Assembly: GCA_937900945.1 (NCBI GenBank)
Contig: CALCGG010000065.1
Coordinates: 1-57,504, forward strand
Length of the DNA: 57,504 nt
Direction: 5' to 3'
Source: an uncultured Sulfurimonas sp.
GTDB taxonomy: Bacteria; Campylobacterota; Campylobacteria; Campylobacterales; Sulfurimonadaceae
Positions 29,604 through 39,239 of this stretch are shown piece by piece. Numbering within the stretch: the stretch's first letter is position 1; every line of letters starts with the position of its first letter. Below the pieces are notes generated by a model. It made no database searches, was not told the DNA's origin, and saw nothing but the letters and a program-made list of their open reading frames with translations. Both the position numbers and the translations under genes were made by a program.

Positions 29604-32600
29604 TGAAAAAAATCTACATATTTTTTCATCACTTTACGTTTTATATCTTAGCTATTTCTATAGCTTTTGTATTTTTATTGTCACAAAACTATCTAGTTGC
29701 CGCTTTAGCACAAAAATATTTAAAAGAGTATGGTGTTGAGTACACAAAAGTTGAAGGTACTTTACTTGAGGGAGTTATTTTATATGATTTAAAATATACT
29801 GATGCAATCAGCGTTAAGAAACTTCAAGTTCAGTATAACCTTTTAACTCTTCTTAGACCAACTCCAAAAATCAGCAAAATAAAAGCGGATAGGTTATATT
29901 TAGATGTGGGCAAACTCCCGTCGTACGATGCTAATGCAACTGAAACTTCAATTATGTCATTTATTATCTCAAATATTGAACTAAAAAACGCAAAAGTACT
30001 TGTTGAGAACGAGACTTTAGAATTTAATCTAAAAGGCAAAGGGTTTTATTATCATGACCGCATTGATGTTGATAAGCTATCCGTGGATTTCAAATCTTCT
30101 TATGCAAATGCTTTAATAAAGGGAAGAATTACCTCAAACAAATTCATAGGAGATTCCTCAGTTCAAATAAATGAAAATATTTCTAAAGAATATCTCAGTT
30201 TCTTAAGCGGTATTCCAAAAACCTTACATGTAAAGATTGAAGCAACAACGCAAACAGCACTGCTAAGCACAAATCTTGACAAGCTGACTTTGAGAGACGA
30301 TGAAAACCTAAGCATAAATGATGCAAATATAAACATGACTTATTTTGTAAATGACAATAGCTTTGAAGCTGATGCAAACTATAAAACAGCCTATCTTTCC
30401 TATGAAGCTAACATAAATCAAAAACTTCTCTTTACAACTGAGAGTAAATATAAATCCAGCCTCGATGCAATCATAACAAAACAGCCGATTGAGCTTCCAT
30501 TTAAAAGTATTCATGCAGATATTTTTGGAGATATCGACAATATGAAAGCAAATATCAAAGCTGGCACACTTGACTTCGAAATAAGTTCAAAAGATTATAA
30601 TTATTTTATCATTCAAGGACAAAGTGATAATCTTGCCTTATCCTTTTTAGATTCCCTTCCCGAAGAACTTAAAAAAGATATCGTCTCTTTTAAAACGAAT
30701 GCCTACATGTACATATCGCCCTTTTCTGTGAAAGGAAAAATTAATATAGATGATACATATTTTAAAACAGACGGGGAGTTTGAACTTCATAAAACTGATG
30801 GGCTTTATGAAGCAATTTTATATCCAAAACTTGAAAATAGCTTTTATAAAACTTATCCGGTTAAATTATTTTCTCCAATCAAAATCAAATATGAAAATAA
30901 TATTCAAGGAGATAAGCTCAATCTTGATGCGAATTTATTCCATGTAGCACTCTCTAAGAAAGAAAGTAAATTAGACGGCTTTGGCACTCTCGGCTCAAGT
31001 ACATTTACTCTTTTGGGTGAAGTAAATCAAAATACAGGCACTCAGGTAGATATTTCAACAAAAGTTCCTTCAATAAAAAAACTTTTATCTGAGCTTCAAT
31101 TAAGTTCTAAAGACTCTAAAATTACACATGACGGCGAAGCTGAGATATATTCCACTCTTAACTTTGGTGAAAAATTTTCAATGAAAAATAATATCCGCAT
31201 GCCGCGCTATTCTTTAAAGCCAGATTCTAAAAAGAGATACTTGGTAGAAGATATTTTTATATCAACGACTTACATGAACAAAGAGCTTACAATCAACAAG
31301 TATGATGCAAAGTTCATGGAACAAAAACTTTATTCAGATAAACCCTCCACCCTGTTGATAGATGAGAATGGGAATGTAGTCATCAAAGAGTTTTGGCTGT
31401 ATGACAGCCTGCTTACCACAGGGCTCGTCAATACAACTAAAAAAGAGGTACATGTAAATCTGAAAAGTGATAAGTTTTCTTACTCATATGATGATATAGA
31501 TATTACAACAAAAGTTGATTTGAACGCTAGCATCGACTCTTCTGGCAAACAAAAAATTGAAGGAAATATAGCTCTGTTGGATGCAGCTATCAACAAGCAA
31601 CCAATTCTGTTTCCATTTAAAAATATTGATGCATACATGCTGGGAGATGAAAACAGCATTAAAATAAACATTCAAACCGGTCCGCTTGATTTTTATATAA
31701 CTTCAAAAGATTATGAGTATTTTATCATTCAAGCAGAAAAAGACAAGCTTTCTTTATCATTTATAGATTCTCTTCCGGAGCAGCTCAAGAAAGATAAAGT
31801 GTCTTTTAAAGCTAAAGCTTCCATGCACACATCACCTTTTTCTCTTCAGGGAACAATTACTGCAGATGATGAGTATTTTAAAACAGAGGGAAATTTTGAA
31901 GTTCGTAAGAGTTATGAGCTTTATAAGGCAACACTTCATCCGAAACTTGAAAATAAATTTTATAAAAACTACCCTGTTAAACTGTTTTCACCAATCAATA
32001 TCATCTATAAAAACGACTCAAAGAGTGAAAAAATAAATATTGATGCTAACCTGTTAAGTGCGACACTGTTTAAAAAAGAGGATACAGTGCATGGCACTGG
32101 AAATATCGGTTCCAGCACTTTCACTCTATCTACGAAACCAGCTAAGAATCAAGATACCGAAATAACACTCTCTACAAAAACACCATCTGTGAAAAAACTC
32201 TTATCAGAACTTCATGTAAGCTCACCGAATGACACTACGGTTTATGACGCTGAAGCTGATATAAAGTCCACTATAATTCTTGGTAATGATATTTCCATGA
32301 AAAATGATATCCGTATACCATGGTTAACGGTAACCATGGATTCTGAGAACATCTACTTAGCAGAAAACATTTCTCTATCCACAGAATATACCGATAAAAA
32401 GCTCACAATAAAAAGCTATAGTGCAAAGTACATGGAGCAAAAATTTTATTCAGATAAACTCTCCACCCTATTAATAGATGAAAATGGAAATATAGTCATA
32501 AAAGAGTTTTGGTTATATGATAATCTTCTCTCAACAGGCTTCATAGATACAACTACAAATGAGGCAAGCATACATCTAAAAAGCGATAAATTTACATATC

Positions 32601-33487
32601 ATGACAAAGATGCCAACCTGAGTGCAAAAGCTGATATACATGCGAGTATTGATTCTAACGGCAAACAAAAAATTGAAGGAAGCGTCACTTTATTAGATGG
32701 AGTCATTACTTATATACCTCCTCAGGATTATACCGTCACTGACAAAGATATTATTATCATACAGGATATCAAAGCGGATTATACTTCAAATAGATTTATA
32801 CATGTAAACATTAACTCACTCCTGCCAATCACTTATAAAAACAAAGATATTAATATTCACTTTACACCGGATATTGTCATTTATCAAGAGCTTGGTATGC
32901 CGCTTAAGCTTTTAGGCATGGCAACCATAAATGATGGAGAAATCACTACCGGAGATAAAGAGTTTGTACTTGACAAAAGCGAAATCTATTTTACCGGCGA
33001 AGATCCCATTAATCCACAGCTAAACCTTAATCTTCATTACTACACTTTGGATTATATTGATATTGAGATTTTTATTACAAATACTCTCAGTTCACCTGTT
33101 ATTATTTTTTCTTCAAAGCCAGCCATGAGCCAAAATGACATTATGTCTTACATACTGTTTGGGGAACCTGCCAGTTCCCTATTTGAAAGCTCCGATGGAA
33201 GCACTAAAGCATCTGTCAGCTCTTTATTGCTGGGAACAGGATTGAAACAGATATTTAATGATACGGCTGGCATCAAAGTAGATACTCTTAATATTTTAAC
33301 CAATAAAGAGGGGACTTTGGGATACGAAATAGGAACACGCTTCAACAAAAATATCCGTATAATCTATAAAAATGACACAGCATCCAGTGTTATAGTACAA
33401 TACAGTCTAAGCAAATCCATAAGAGTTGAAGTTGATGCTCAAGAAACCGGGCAAGGCGTTAATATCATCTATGTCAAAGATTTTTAA
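29600..33487 (+). CDS. tamB: TamB-like (DUF490/AsmA-like) protein with a 372-aa internal tandem duplication
   Basis: N-terminal anchor, EGTLLEG, beta-rich body, DUF490-like C-terminus (NPQLN…FSSKPAMSQNDIMSYILFG). Confidence 0.85.
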   Translation: MMKKIYIFFHHFTFYILAISIAFVFLLSQNYLVAALAQKYLKEYGVEYTKVEGTLLEGVILYDLKYTDAISVKKLQVQYNLLTLLRPTPKISKIKADRLYLDVGKLPSYDANATETSIMSFIISNIELKNAKVLVENETLEFNLKGKGFYYHDRIDVDKLSVDFKSSYANALIKGRITSNKFIGDSSVQINENISKEYLSFLSGIPKTLHVKIEATTQTALLSTNLDKLTLRDDENLSINDANINMTYFVNDNSFEADANYKTAYLSYEANINQKLLFTTESKYKSSLDAIITKQPIELPFKSIHADIFGDIDNMKANIKAGTLDFEISSKDYNYFIIQGQSDNLALSFLDSLPEELKKDIVSFKTNAYMYISPFSVKGKINIDDTYFKTDGEFELHKTDGLYEAILYPKLENSFYKTYPVKLFSPIKIKYENNIQGDKLNLDANLFHVALSKKESKLDGFGTLGSSTFTLLGEVNQNTGTQVDISTKVPSIKKLLSELQLSSKDSKITHDGEAEIYSTLNFGEKFSMKNNIRMPRYSLKPDSKKRYLVEDIFISTTYMNKELTINKYDAKFMEQKLYSDKPSTLLIDENGNVVIKEFWLYDSLLTTGLVNTTKKEVHVNLKSDKFSYSYDDIDITTKVDLNASIDSSGKQKIEGNIALLDAAINKQPILFPFKNIDAYMLGDENSIKINIQTGPLDFYITSKDYEYFIIQAEKDKLSLSFIDSLPEQLKKDKVSFKAKASMHTSPFSLQGTITADDEYFKTEGNFEVRKSYELYKATLHPKLENKFYKNYPVKLFSPINIIYKNDSKSEKINIDANLLSATLFKKEDTVHGTGNIGSSTFTLSTKPAKNQDTEITLSTKTPSVKKLLSELHVSSPNDTTVYDAEADIKSTIILGNDISMKNDIRIPWLTVTMDSENIYLAENISLSTEYTDKKLTIKSYSAKYMEQKFYSDKLSTLLIDENGNIVIKEFWLYDNLLSTGFIDTTTNEASIHLKSDKFTYHDKDANLSAKADIHASIDSNGKQKIEGSVTLLDGVITYIPPQDYTVTDKDIIIIQDIKADYTSNRFIHVNINSLLPITYKNKDINIHFTPDIVIYQELGMPLKLLGMATINDGEITTGDKEFVLDKSEIYFTGEDPINPQLNLNLHYYTLDYIDIEIFITNTLSSPVIIFSSKPAMSQNDIMSYILFGEPASSLFESSDGSTKASVSSLLLGTGLKQIFNDTAGIKVDTLNILTNKEGTLGYEIGTRFNKNIRIIYKNDTASSVIVQYSLSKSIRVEVDAQETGQGVNIIYVKDF
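30464..32695 (+). repeat. Intragenic tandem duplication, 2 x 1116 bp (372 aa), in tamB
   Basis: Equivalent Asp codons (LDA/LDA/LDG) at 30464, 31580 and 32696. Shared blocks include YPVKLFSPI, PS(I/V)KKLLSEL, MEQK-YSDK-STLLIDENGN-VIKEFWLYD and SIDS-GKQKIEG. Confidence 0.92.
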
Positions 33488-33517
33488 AAAATTAAATTAT
33501 AAAAGCGGAGTAAGCAA

Positions 33518-34024
33518 ATGAATTCAAGTGTATTATGGAGTATTGGGGTTGTAATTATTTCATATATTATTTTCAGACTTTTGAAAAAACTTTTAAATAC
33601 TTTTTCTCAACGAAAAAATGTGACTATTAAAAGGATTTATTATATTGAAAAGGTATTTGAAATTCTTCTTCTATTAATAACCCTTGTAATATTGATTTTC
33701 ATATGGAGTGTTGATATCAAAAGCATCGCTCTCTTTGCTTCATCTTTCTTTGCAATTGTCGGGGTAGCCTTATTTGCACAATGGTCTATCCTTAGCAACA
33801 TTACGGCAAGCATCATCATCTTCTTTAGTTTTCCGGCAAGAGTCGGTGATAAAATAAAAATTGTTGATGGTGACAACACTATCGAGGGGATTATCAACGA
33901 GATCTCACTTTTTCAGATTGAACTTACAGACAGCGAAGATAATACTGTCTTTTATCCGAACAATCTTTTACTTCAAAAACCTGTAATAAAGGTTAAACAG
34001 CCAGATGACACAAACAAAATATAA
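33518..34024 (+). CDS. Small (minimal) MscS-family protein
   Basis: Three TM segments, GVALFAQWSILSNITAS, PARVGDKI and YPNN; lacks most of the C-terminal cage. Confidence 0.85.
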   Translation: MNSSVLWSIGVVIISYIIFRLLKKLLNTFSQRKNVTIKRIYYIEKVFEILLLLITLVILIFIWSVDIKSIALFASSFFAIVGVALFAQWSILSNITASIIIFFSFPARVGDKIKIVDGDNTIEGIINEISLFQIELTDSEDNTVFYPNNLLLQKPVIKVKQPDDTNKI

Positions 34025-35924
34025 AAAAATAAATATCATAGTAGAGGCTTTACAATCTTCTGAGGAATTCAATACTATTACGGAACACTTAAATGCTCAT
34101 TATGGACTGATTCCCTCGTTTCACCCATCAAAAGAACTTTTTGACAACATCTCAAATAGTACGCTTTTTTTAACATACCTAAATGATGAAGAGGTTAAAA
34201 CATTTTTTCAAAATCATTTACATAAAAATTTAGAACTTGCAATTCTGCCAAATGAGACCTGCCCTAATGCTATAAAGAGTTTTGGAATATCTAAAGATAT
34301 TTTTGAAGCAATTGATGATGCTTTTAATAATGAGCTTTTAAGCAGGGTAGACCTTCTTTTATGCAATGAATTTTTATCTCTCAATCGTGTCATTATCGGT
34401 GATATGCATGGAATGAACAGACTTGATTTTCATTCAAACAGCAGATGGAACAAAGTAAAAATCTTTTTTACAAATTTAATCAATTTAGAATTTAAAAACT
34501 ATACACTCACTACATCCGAAGATCAAAAAATAGAAACTGCCGCTTCAGGTATAGCTATACTTGAAGCGGCAATAACAAGTGAAAATTCAGCAATAGGGGA
34601 TGAACTCTCTATCCATGACGGTAAACTCAATGCCTTTGTTTTAGCGCCAACTTCACTCTTATCCTATATTTGGTATCTCATTTCTATATTTTTTTACCAG
34701 CGTATTTCACTACTTAGCTTACCAAAGAGTTTAGGTTTCATAAAAACTTCCAAACTCACCATAGCATCAAACGAACCAATAGACTATCTGCTTGACAACA
34801 ATCTGCTTAGTGCCAAAGAGATTCAACTTGAGATTCTTCAAGATTGTATAAATTTACATTTAGGAAGAATTCTGCTTGAAAAAGTAAAAAAAGATGAGAC
34901 TTCTCTAGAAGAAAAAGATATCATTAACGTAAATACTCTACCCAGAGGAGAGTTAAGCAGTATCTTAATAGAAGGCAAACTTCCATTGTTTGCAAAGGCG
35001 AGCGATGATGATTTCAAAGAGTTATTTTTAAACTTAAAAAACAGCGCAAAGTTTTCTTATATATTTTTAACCTTAACGATTTTAAGTGTTTTACTTGCGA
35101 CTACAGGATTATTTGCAAACTCAGCACCCGTCATTATTGGAGCTATGATATTGGCGCCACTTATGGCACCAATCATATCTTTATCAATGGGTGTTATAAG
35201 ATCTAATAAATCTTTGTTAACAGACAGCTTAAAAACGCTTGGATTAGGTATTGTAATGGCGCTTTTATTTTCTGCTGTGTTTACACTCTTTATGCCTCTA
35301 GAACAAATCACACCAGAGATGAGAGGAAGACTAAATCCAAATATACTTGACTTAATGGTTGCTATATTTTCAGGAATTGCAGGTGCTTATGCATATGCAA
35401 AAGAGGAAGTGGCAAAGACTTTAGCCGGTGTTGCCATCGCAGTTGCTTTAGTACCACCTCTTAGCGTCACAGGTATTGGGATTGGACTTGGTAATTTTGA
35501 TGTGATTTATGGCTCATTTTTACTTTTTATTACAAACCTTGTCGGGATTACTCTGAGTGCCGCATTAACATTTATTGTCCTAGGGTTTGCTCCGGTTAAG
35601 CGTGCAAAAAAAGGGATTATATACACTTCCATTATGATGACAATTATTGCCATACCGCTTGCAATCTCTTTTATGCATATTGTTGAGACAAACAATTTTT
35701 ATAATAAGCTTCAAACTATAAAAACTATGGAAATAAACCACAAAACAATAGAATTGAAAATTTCACATATTCAAACAAAAAAAGATGTCGTTACAATCGA
35801 TATTGATACGATATCCACAAATGTAATTTTTGAAGAAGATTTAGAATTAATAAAAACAAATATAGAAAACAAAATTGCGAAAAAAACAGTGCTAAGAGTT
35901 ACACAAATTCTTATTTTGAAATAG
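34005..35924 (+). CDS. DUF389/TIGR00341 membrane protein fused to a degenerate DAG-kinase/YegS-like N-terminal domain
   Basis: C-half ANSAPVIIGAMILAPLMAP and GVAIAVALVPPL; N-half LAILP, RVDLLLCN and IHDGKL. Confidence 0.8.
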   Translation: MTQTKYKKINIIVEALQSSEEFNTITEHLNAHYGLIPSFHPSKELFDNISNSTLFLTYLNDEEVKTFFQNHLHKNLELAILPNETCPNAIKSFGISKDIFEAIDDAFNNELLSRVDLLLCNEFLSLNRVIIGDMHGMNRLDFHSNSRWNKVKIFFTNLINLEFKNYTLTTSEDQKIETAASGIAILEAAITSENSAIGDELSIHDGKLNAFVLAPTSLLSYIWYLISIFFYQRISLLSLPKSLGFIKTSKLTIASNEPIDYLLDNNLLSAKEIQLEILQDCINLHLGRILLEKVKKDETSLEEKDIINVNTLPRGELSSILIEGKLPLFAKASDDDFKELFLNLKNSAKFSYIFLTLTILSVLLATTGLFANSAPVIIGAMILAPLMAPIISLSMGVIRSNKSLLTDSLKTLGLGIVMALLFSAVFTLFMPLEQITPEMRGRLNPNILDLMVAIFSGIAGAYAYAKEEVAKTLAGVAIAVALVPPLSVTGIGIGLGNFDVIYGSFLLFITNLVGITLSAALTFIVLGFAPVKRAKKGIIYTSIMMTIIAIPLAISFMHIVETNNFYNKLQTIKTMEINHKTIELKISHIQTKKDVVTIDIDTISTNVIFEEDLELIKTNIENKIAKKTVLRVTQILILK

Positions 35925-35946
35925 AATTTCATTGTAGCTCATAGTT

Positions 35947-36156
35947 TTACTTTTTATTGTTGTTTGTAAAGTGTGCATGTAAAATCCATCCAATTACAAT
36001 CCCAATCATAAGTAAAATAAGCATAAATATAGCTCTAGACATTTGAATAGACCAAAACAAATATTTAAATTCAACAATAGCTATATTTTGAACAATAAAT
36101 AGAGCAACAAGAGCTATGAGCACAATGATAGATATTAATTTAAAGTTCATGAGCAC
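35947..36156 (-). CDS. LapA-like (DUF1049) small membrane protein
   Basis: TM-FIVQN…V-F-YLFW-TM architecture; true start may be the ATG at 36150. Confidence 0.75.
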   Translation of the reverse strand: MLMNFKLISIIVLIALVALFIVQNIAIVEFKYLFWSIQMSRAIFMLILLMIGIVIGWILHAHFTNNNKK

Positions 36157-36185
36157 CCCTTTGATAGATAAAATTATCTTCCATT

Positions 36186-36194
36186 ATTATAACA
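36186..36194 (-). promoter_or_regulatory. Extended -10 promoter (TGtTATAAT) of the LapA-like gene
   Basis: Perfect TGnTATAAT on the minus strand in the divergent intergenic region. Confidence 0.6.
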
Positions 36195-36264
36195 CAATAT
36201 AAAATATCTATAGGATTTATAAAAAAACTGCTAAGATATTGGGTTTAAACCATAAAGGCAAATT

Positions 36265-37305
36265 ATGACTGAAAAAATCGGACTGGCTCCCGGTAGCGCT
36301 ATTTACACCGGAAATGTTGAAGTTAGCGCTCCCATAATTCAAACTATCATATATAACAAAGAAAATATCACAATCACAGAGAATCAATCCCTAGAACAGC
36401 TGCAAGAAACTTATAACACTCTAGATAATGAGAAAACATTTTGGATACATGTAGAGCCAATCAGCGCTCAAAATGAGATTGCTAAAATAGGTTCCTTATT
36501 TGATTTGCACTCTTTAGTTGTTGAAGATATGCTTTCGGTCAACCATCGACCTAAGGCCGAAGAGTTTGATGAGTATATTTTTATCGTTATAAAATATGCA
36601 GAGTATTCAAGCGGTGAGCTTACATTTTCCCATATATCATTGGTTTTAAAAGACAATATTCTTCTCTCTTTTGCAGACAAAACGCCTGATAAATTTGAAA
36701 ACATTAAAAAAAGACTGGAAAAAAAAGATGCCCGAATCAGAAAAGAGAACAGTCAATATCTTTTATCTACAATCATTGACTATATTATTGATGATTATTT
36801 TGTTGTTCTTGAAAATATCGGTGATGAGATTGAAGATTTAGAAGATGAGATACTGAACAATCCGTCCAAAGAAAGTATAGAACATGTACATAGAATAAAA
36901 CGCACTCTTATGGAGTTGAAAAAAAAGATCTGGCCTACGCGTGAACTTATCAATGTCCTAATCCATTCTGATGAGATTGATCAAAAGTATTATATATATT
37001 TTAAAGATGTCTATGAGCATATTATAAATGTTGTAGATATTACAGAAGGTTACAGAGATACAATTTCAAGCTTTTTGGATATCTACCTTTCAACTTTGAG
37101 TAATCGTATGAATGAAATTATGAAAACGCTTTCTATTATAGCAACAATATTTATACCGCTTTCCTTTTTAACCGGTTATTTTGGTATGAATTTTAAATAT
37201 GAAACTTTATTGGAATCTCAAAGTGCCTACATCTTATCCAATCTTCTTATGCTGGCAGTGCCTGTTGGCTTATTGATATATTTTAAAATAAGAAGATGGT
37301 TTTAG
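36265..37305 (+). CDS. corA: Magnesium/cobalt transporter CorA
   Basis: GLAPGS, LHSLVVED, HRPK, NEIMKTL and PLSFLTGYFGMNF (GMN motif). Confidence 0.95.
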   Translation: MTEKIGLAPGSAIYTGNVEVSAPIIQTIIYNKENITITENQSLEQLQETYNTLDNEKTFWIHVEPISAQNEIAKIGSLFDLHSLVVEDMLSVNHRPKAEEFDEYIFIVIKYAEYSSGELTFSHISLVLKDNILLSFADKTPDKFENIKKRLEKKDARIRKENSQYLLSTIIDYIIDDYFVVLENIGDEIEDLEDEILNNPSKESIEHVHRIKRTLMELKKKIWPTRELINVLIHSDEIDQKYYIYFKDVYEHIINVVDITEGYRDTISSFLDIYLSTLSNRMNEIMKTLSIIATIFIPLSFLTGYFGMNFKYETLLESQSAYILSNLLMLAVPVGLLIYFKIRRWF

Positions 37306-37306
37306 G

Positions 37307-37939
37307 ATGATTGATTACACATTTTACATCCATATCTTCGTAACACTATTTTCGATTTTAAATCCAGTTGGAGCTATACCTATTTTTTTAGCCGTGACTG
37401 CCAATGAGTCAGATAAAAGGAAAAAAGCTACAATCAAAAAAACAGTTATTTCTGTAGTAGTAATTTTATTTATCAGCGCTTTTGGCGGAAATTATGTGTT
37501 AGCATTTTTTGGAGTTGATATAGACTCATTTCGCATTGCGGGTGGCATATTGCTTCTGCTTATCTCTATACATATGCTTCAGGCTAAAACACCCAGTGTC
37601 AAAAATAATGAAGAGGAGACAAATGAAGCAGTTGAAAAAGAGGATGTTTCTGTTGTTCCATTAGCCATCCCTTTGCTTGCAGGTCCCGGCTCAATCAGTA
37701 CTGTGATACTTTTTTCTTCAACAATACCAGATTTAATGGGAATGGCACTATTTAGTATAATTATTTTAATGGTATCATTGACGATTTTTCCATTTTTACT
37801 ACTTTCAAAAACAATAGGAGACCGTATCGGCAATACTGGACTCAATATTGCAACAAGAGTCATGGGGCTGTTTTTAGCTGCAATTTCAGTAAAATTTATC
37901 CTTGAGGGAACACTGCATTTTTTAAAGGTAAATTTGTAA
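37307..37939 (+). CDS. MarC-family membrane protein
   Basis: LNPVG, FRIAGGILL, VPLAIPLLAGPGSI and RVMGL. Confidence 0.92.
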   Translation: MIDYTFYIHIFVTLFSILNPVGAIPIFLAVTANESDKRKKATIKKTVISVVVILFISAFGGNYVLAFFGVDIDSFRIAGGILLLLISIHMLQAKTPSVKNNEEETNEAVEKEDVSVVPLAIPLLAGPGSISTVILFSSTIPDLMGMALFSIIILMVSLTIFPFLLLSKTIGDRIGNTGLNIATRVMGLFLAAISVKFILEGTLHFLKVNL

Positions 37940-37986
37940 TAGACCATTTTGTTTATTTTATTGTCGATGTTTAATGTATTGCAATG

Positions 37987-38733
37987 TCATTTACCGCTTA
38001 ACTTTTTAACCGAGGGATTGTGTATGAGTGATTTTATCTGCGTAATAGCAGTTTGATTTAACCTTACAAGCCTTTCATTTTGCGCTAGTTCTTGTTTGAT
38101 GAGTTCTGCATTGATGCTCTCAAGATTTGAAAGCACTATAAGTTGCTCTACACTCGCATAATCTCGAACATTTCCCTCTTTATCTTTGTTGGCTTCCCGC
38201 CATTCTTTTGCAGTGACTCCAAACAAGGCGACATTTAACAAATCTGCTTCATTCGCATAAACAAAACTCTCTTTTGGTTTGTCAATGACATATGGAACCA
38301 AATGCTCTTTAATCGCATCCGTGTGGATTTTATAGTTTATTTTAGACAAACTTCTGCTCAAATCCCATTCAAGTGATTTGTTTTGTATTTCATCCTCTTT
38401 AAGTCTTTGAAACTCTTTGATGAGAAATAGTTTAAATTCCGCACTTATCCATGAAGCAAACTCAAACGCTATATCTCTGTGTGCATAAGTTCCGCCATAT
38501 CTTCCAGCCTTTGAAATAATACCTATTGCGGATGTTTTTTCTATCCATCCTTTTGGTGTAAGAGTAAAACTATTGATGCCTGCTTGCATTTTAATTCCAT
38601 CGAATTCGATGGAATTAAAATTATCATTATTAATCTTTTCCCATAGTCCCAAAAACTCTATCGTTTCTCTATTTCTCATCCAGTTTTGTAAGATATAATC
38701 ACTTCGTTCCCTATCTTTGTATCTCGCAATATC
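37987..38733 (-). pseudogene. KilA-N domain DNA-binding protein, 5'-truncated
   Basis: Family motifs TIEFLGLWE, GRYGGTYAH-DIAFEFASW and YANEADLLN. The frame continues upstream of the 38679 ATG as DIARYKDRERSDYILQNW and meets a stop at 38737-39 with no start codon, so the usual N-terminus is missing. Confidence 0.7.
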
Positions 38734-39069
38734 ATGTTAATTAAAGTTGAAGATAAAGATAAAACTCATTTATCTTTATGTGATTTTGAAGAATATGATA
38801 ATTTTGAATGTTCTTACCATGCCAAATTATTATTTGAATTAAATTTAATTGATGGGTATATATCTAAAGTCATAAGGGTAAATCATCCAGATGATTTTTG
38901 TATCAAAGAATTAACATGGGAAGGGCATGAATTTTTAGACTCAATTCGAGAAGAAAAAATTTGGAAAATCATACAAAATAAATTAAAGGATGGTAGCATC
39001 TCAGTAACTTTTGAGATTTTGAAATCTGTTGCGAAAAAAGCTTTAAACGAGTATTTTACATCTTCGTAA
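38734..39069 (+). CDS. DUF2513-like winged-helix protein, probably 5'-truncated
   Basis: YH--LL----LI, LTWEGHEFLDSIR and W motifs; the usual N-terminal MKRD-D-IR segment and an RBS are absent. Confidence 0.65.
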   Translation: MLIKVEDKDKTHLSLCDFEEYDNFECSYHAKLLFELNLIDGYISKVIRVNHPDDFCIKELTWEGHEFLDSIREEKIWKIIQNKLKDGSISVTFEILKSVAKKALNEYFTSS

Positions 39070-39152
39070 TTTATTTTTAACATCTTTATTCTTTACTGAT
39101 AAAAATATAACATCGTATTATGGTTAAAGCAAAATTTATATGAAGGAATAAT

Positions 39153-39239
39153 ATGGAAAAGATAGGTGCATTTTTATTATCGTTATTGATTTTTCAATCT
39201 TTAGATGCCGTTGAAGAATTTATTTTGTTAAATTATTAA
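39153..39239 (+). pseudogene. Possible 5' relic of an exported-protein gene (signal peptide only)
   Basis: AAGGA RBS then MEKIGAFLLSLLIFQSLDA-VEE; the frame runs into the convergent gene end after about 22 codons. Confidence 0.35.

Noticed and set aside
39070-39130. Possible integron attC site after the DUF2513 gene (TTTTAAC or ATATAAC … GTTAAAG followed by an RBS and ATG)
   Set aside because: Core-like ends are present but the interior does not form the required L-box hairpin, and there is no second site or integrase. IntegronFinder would be decisive.
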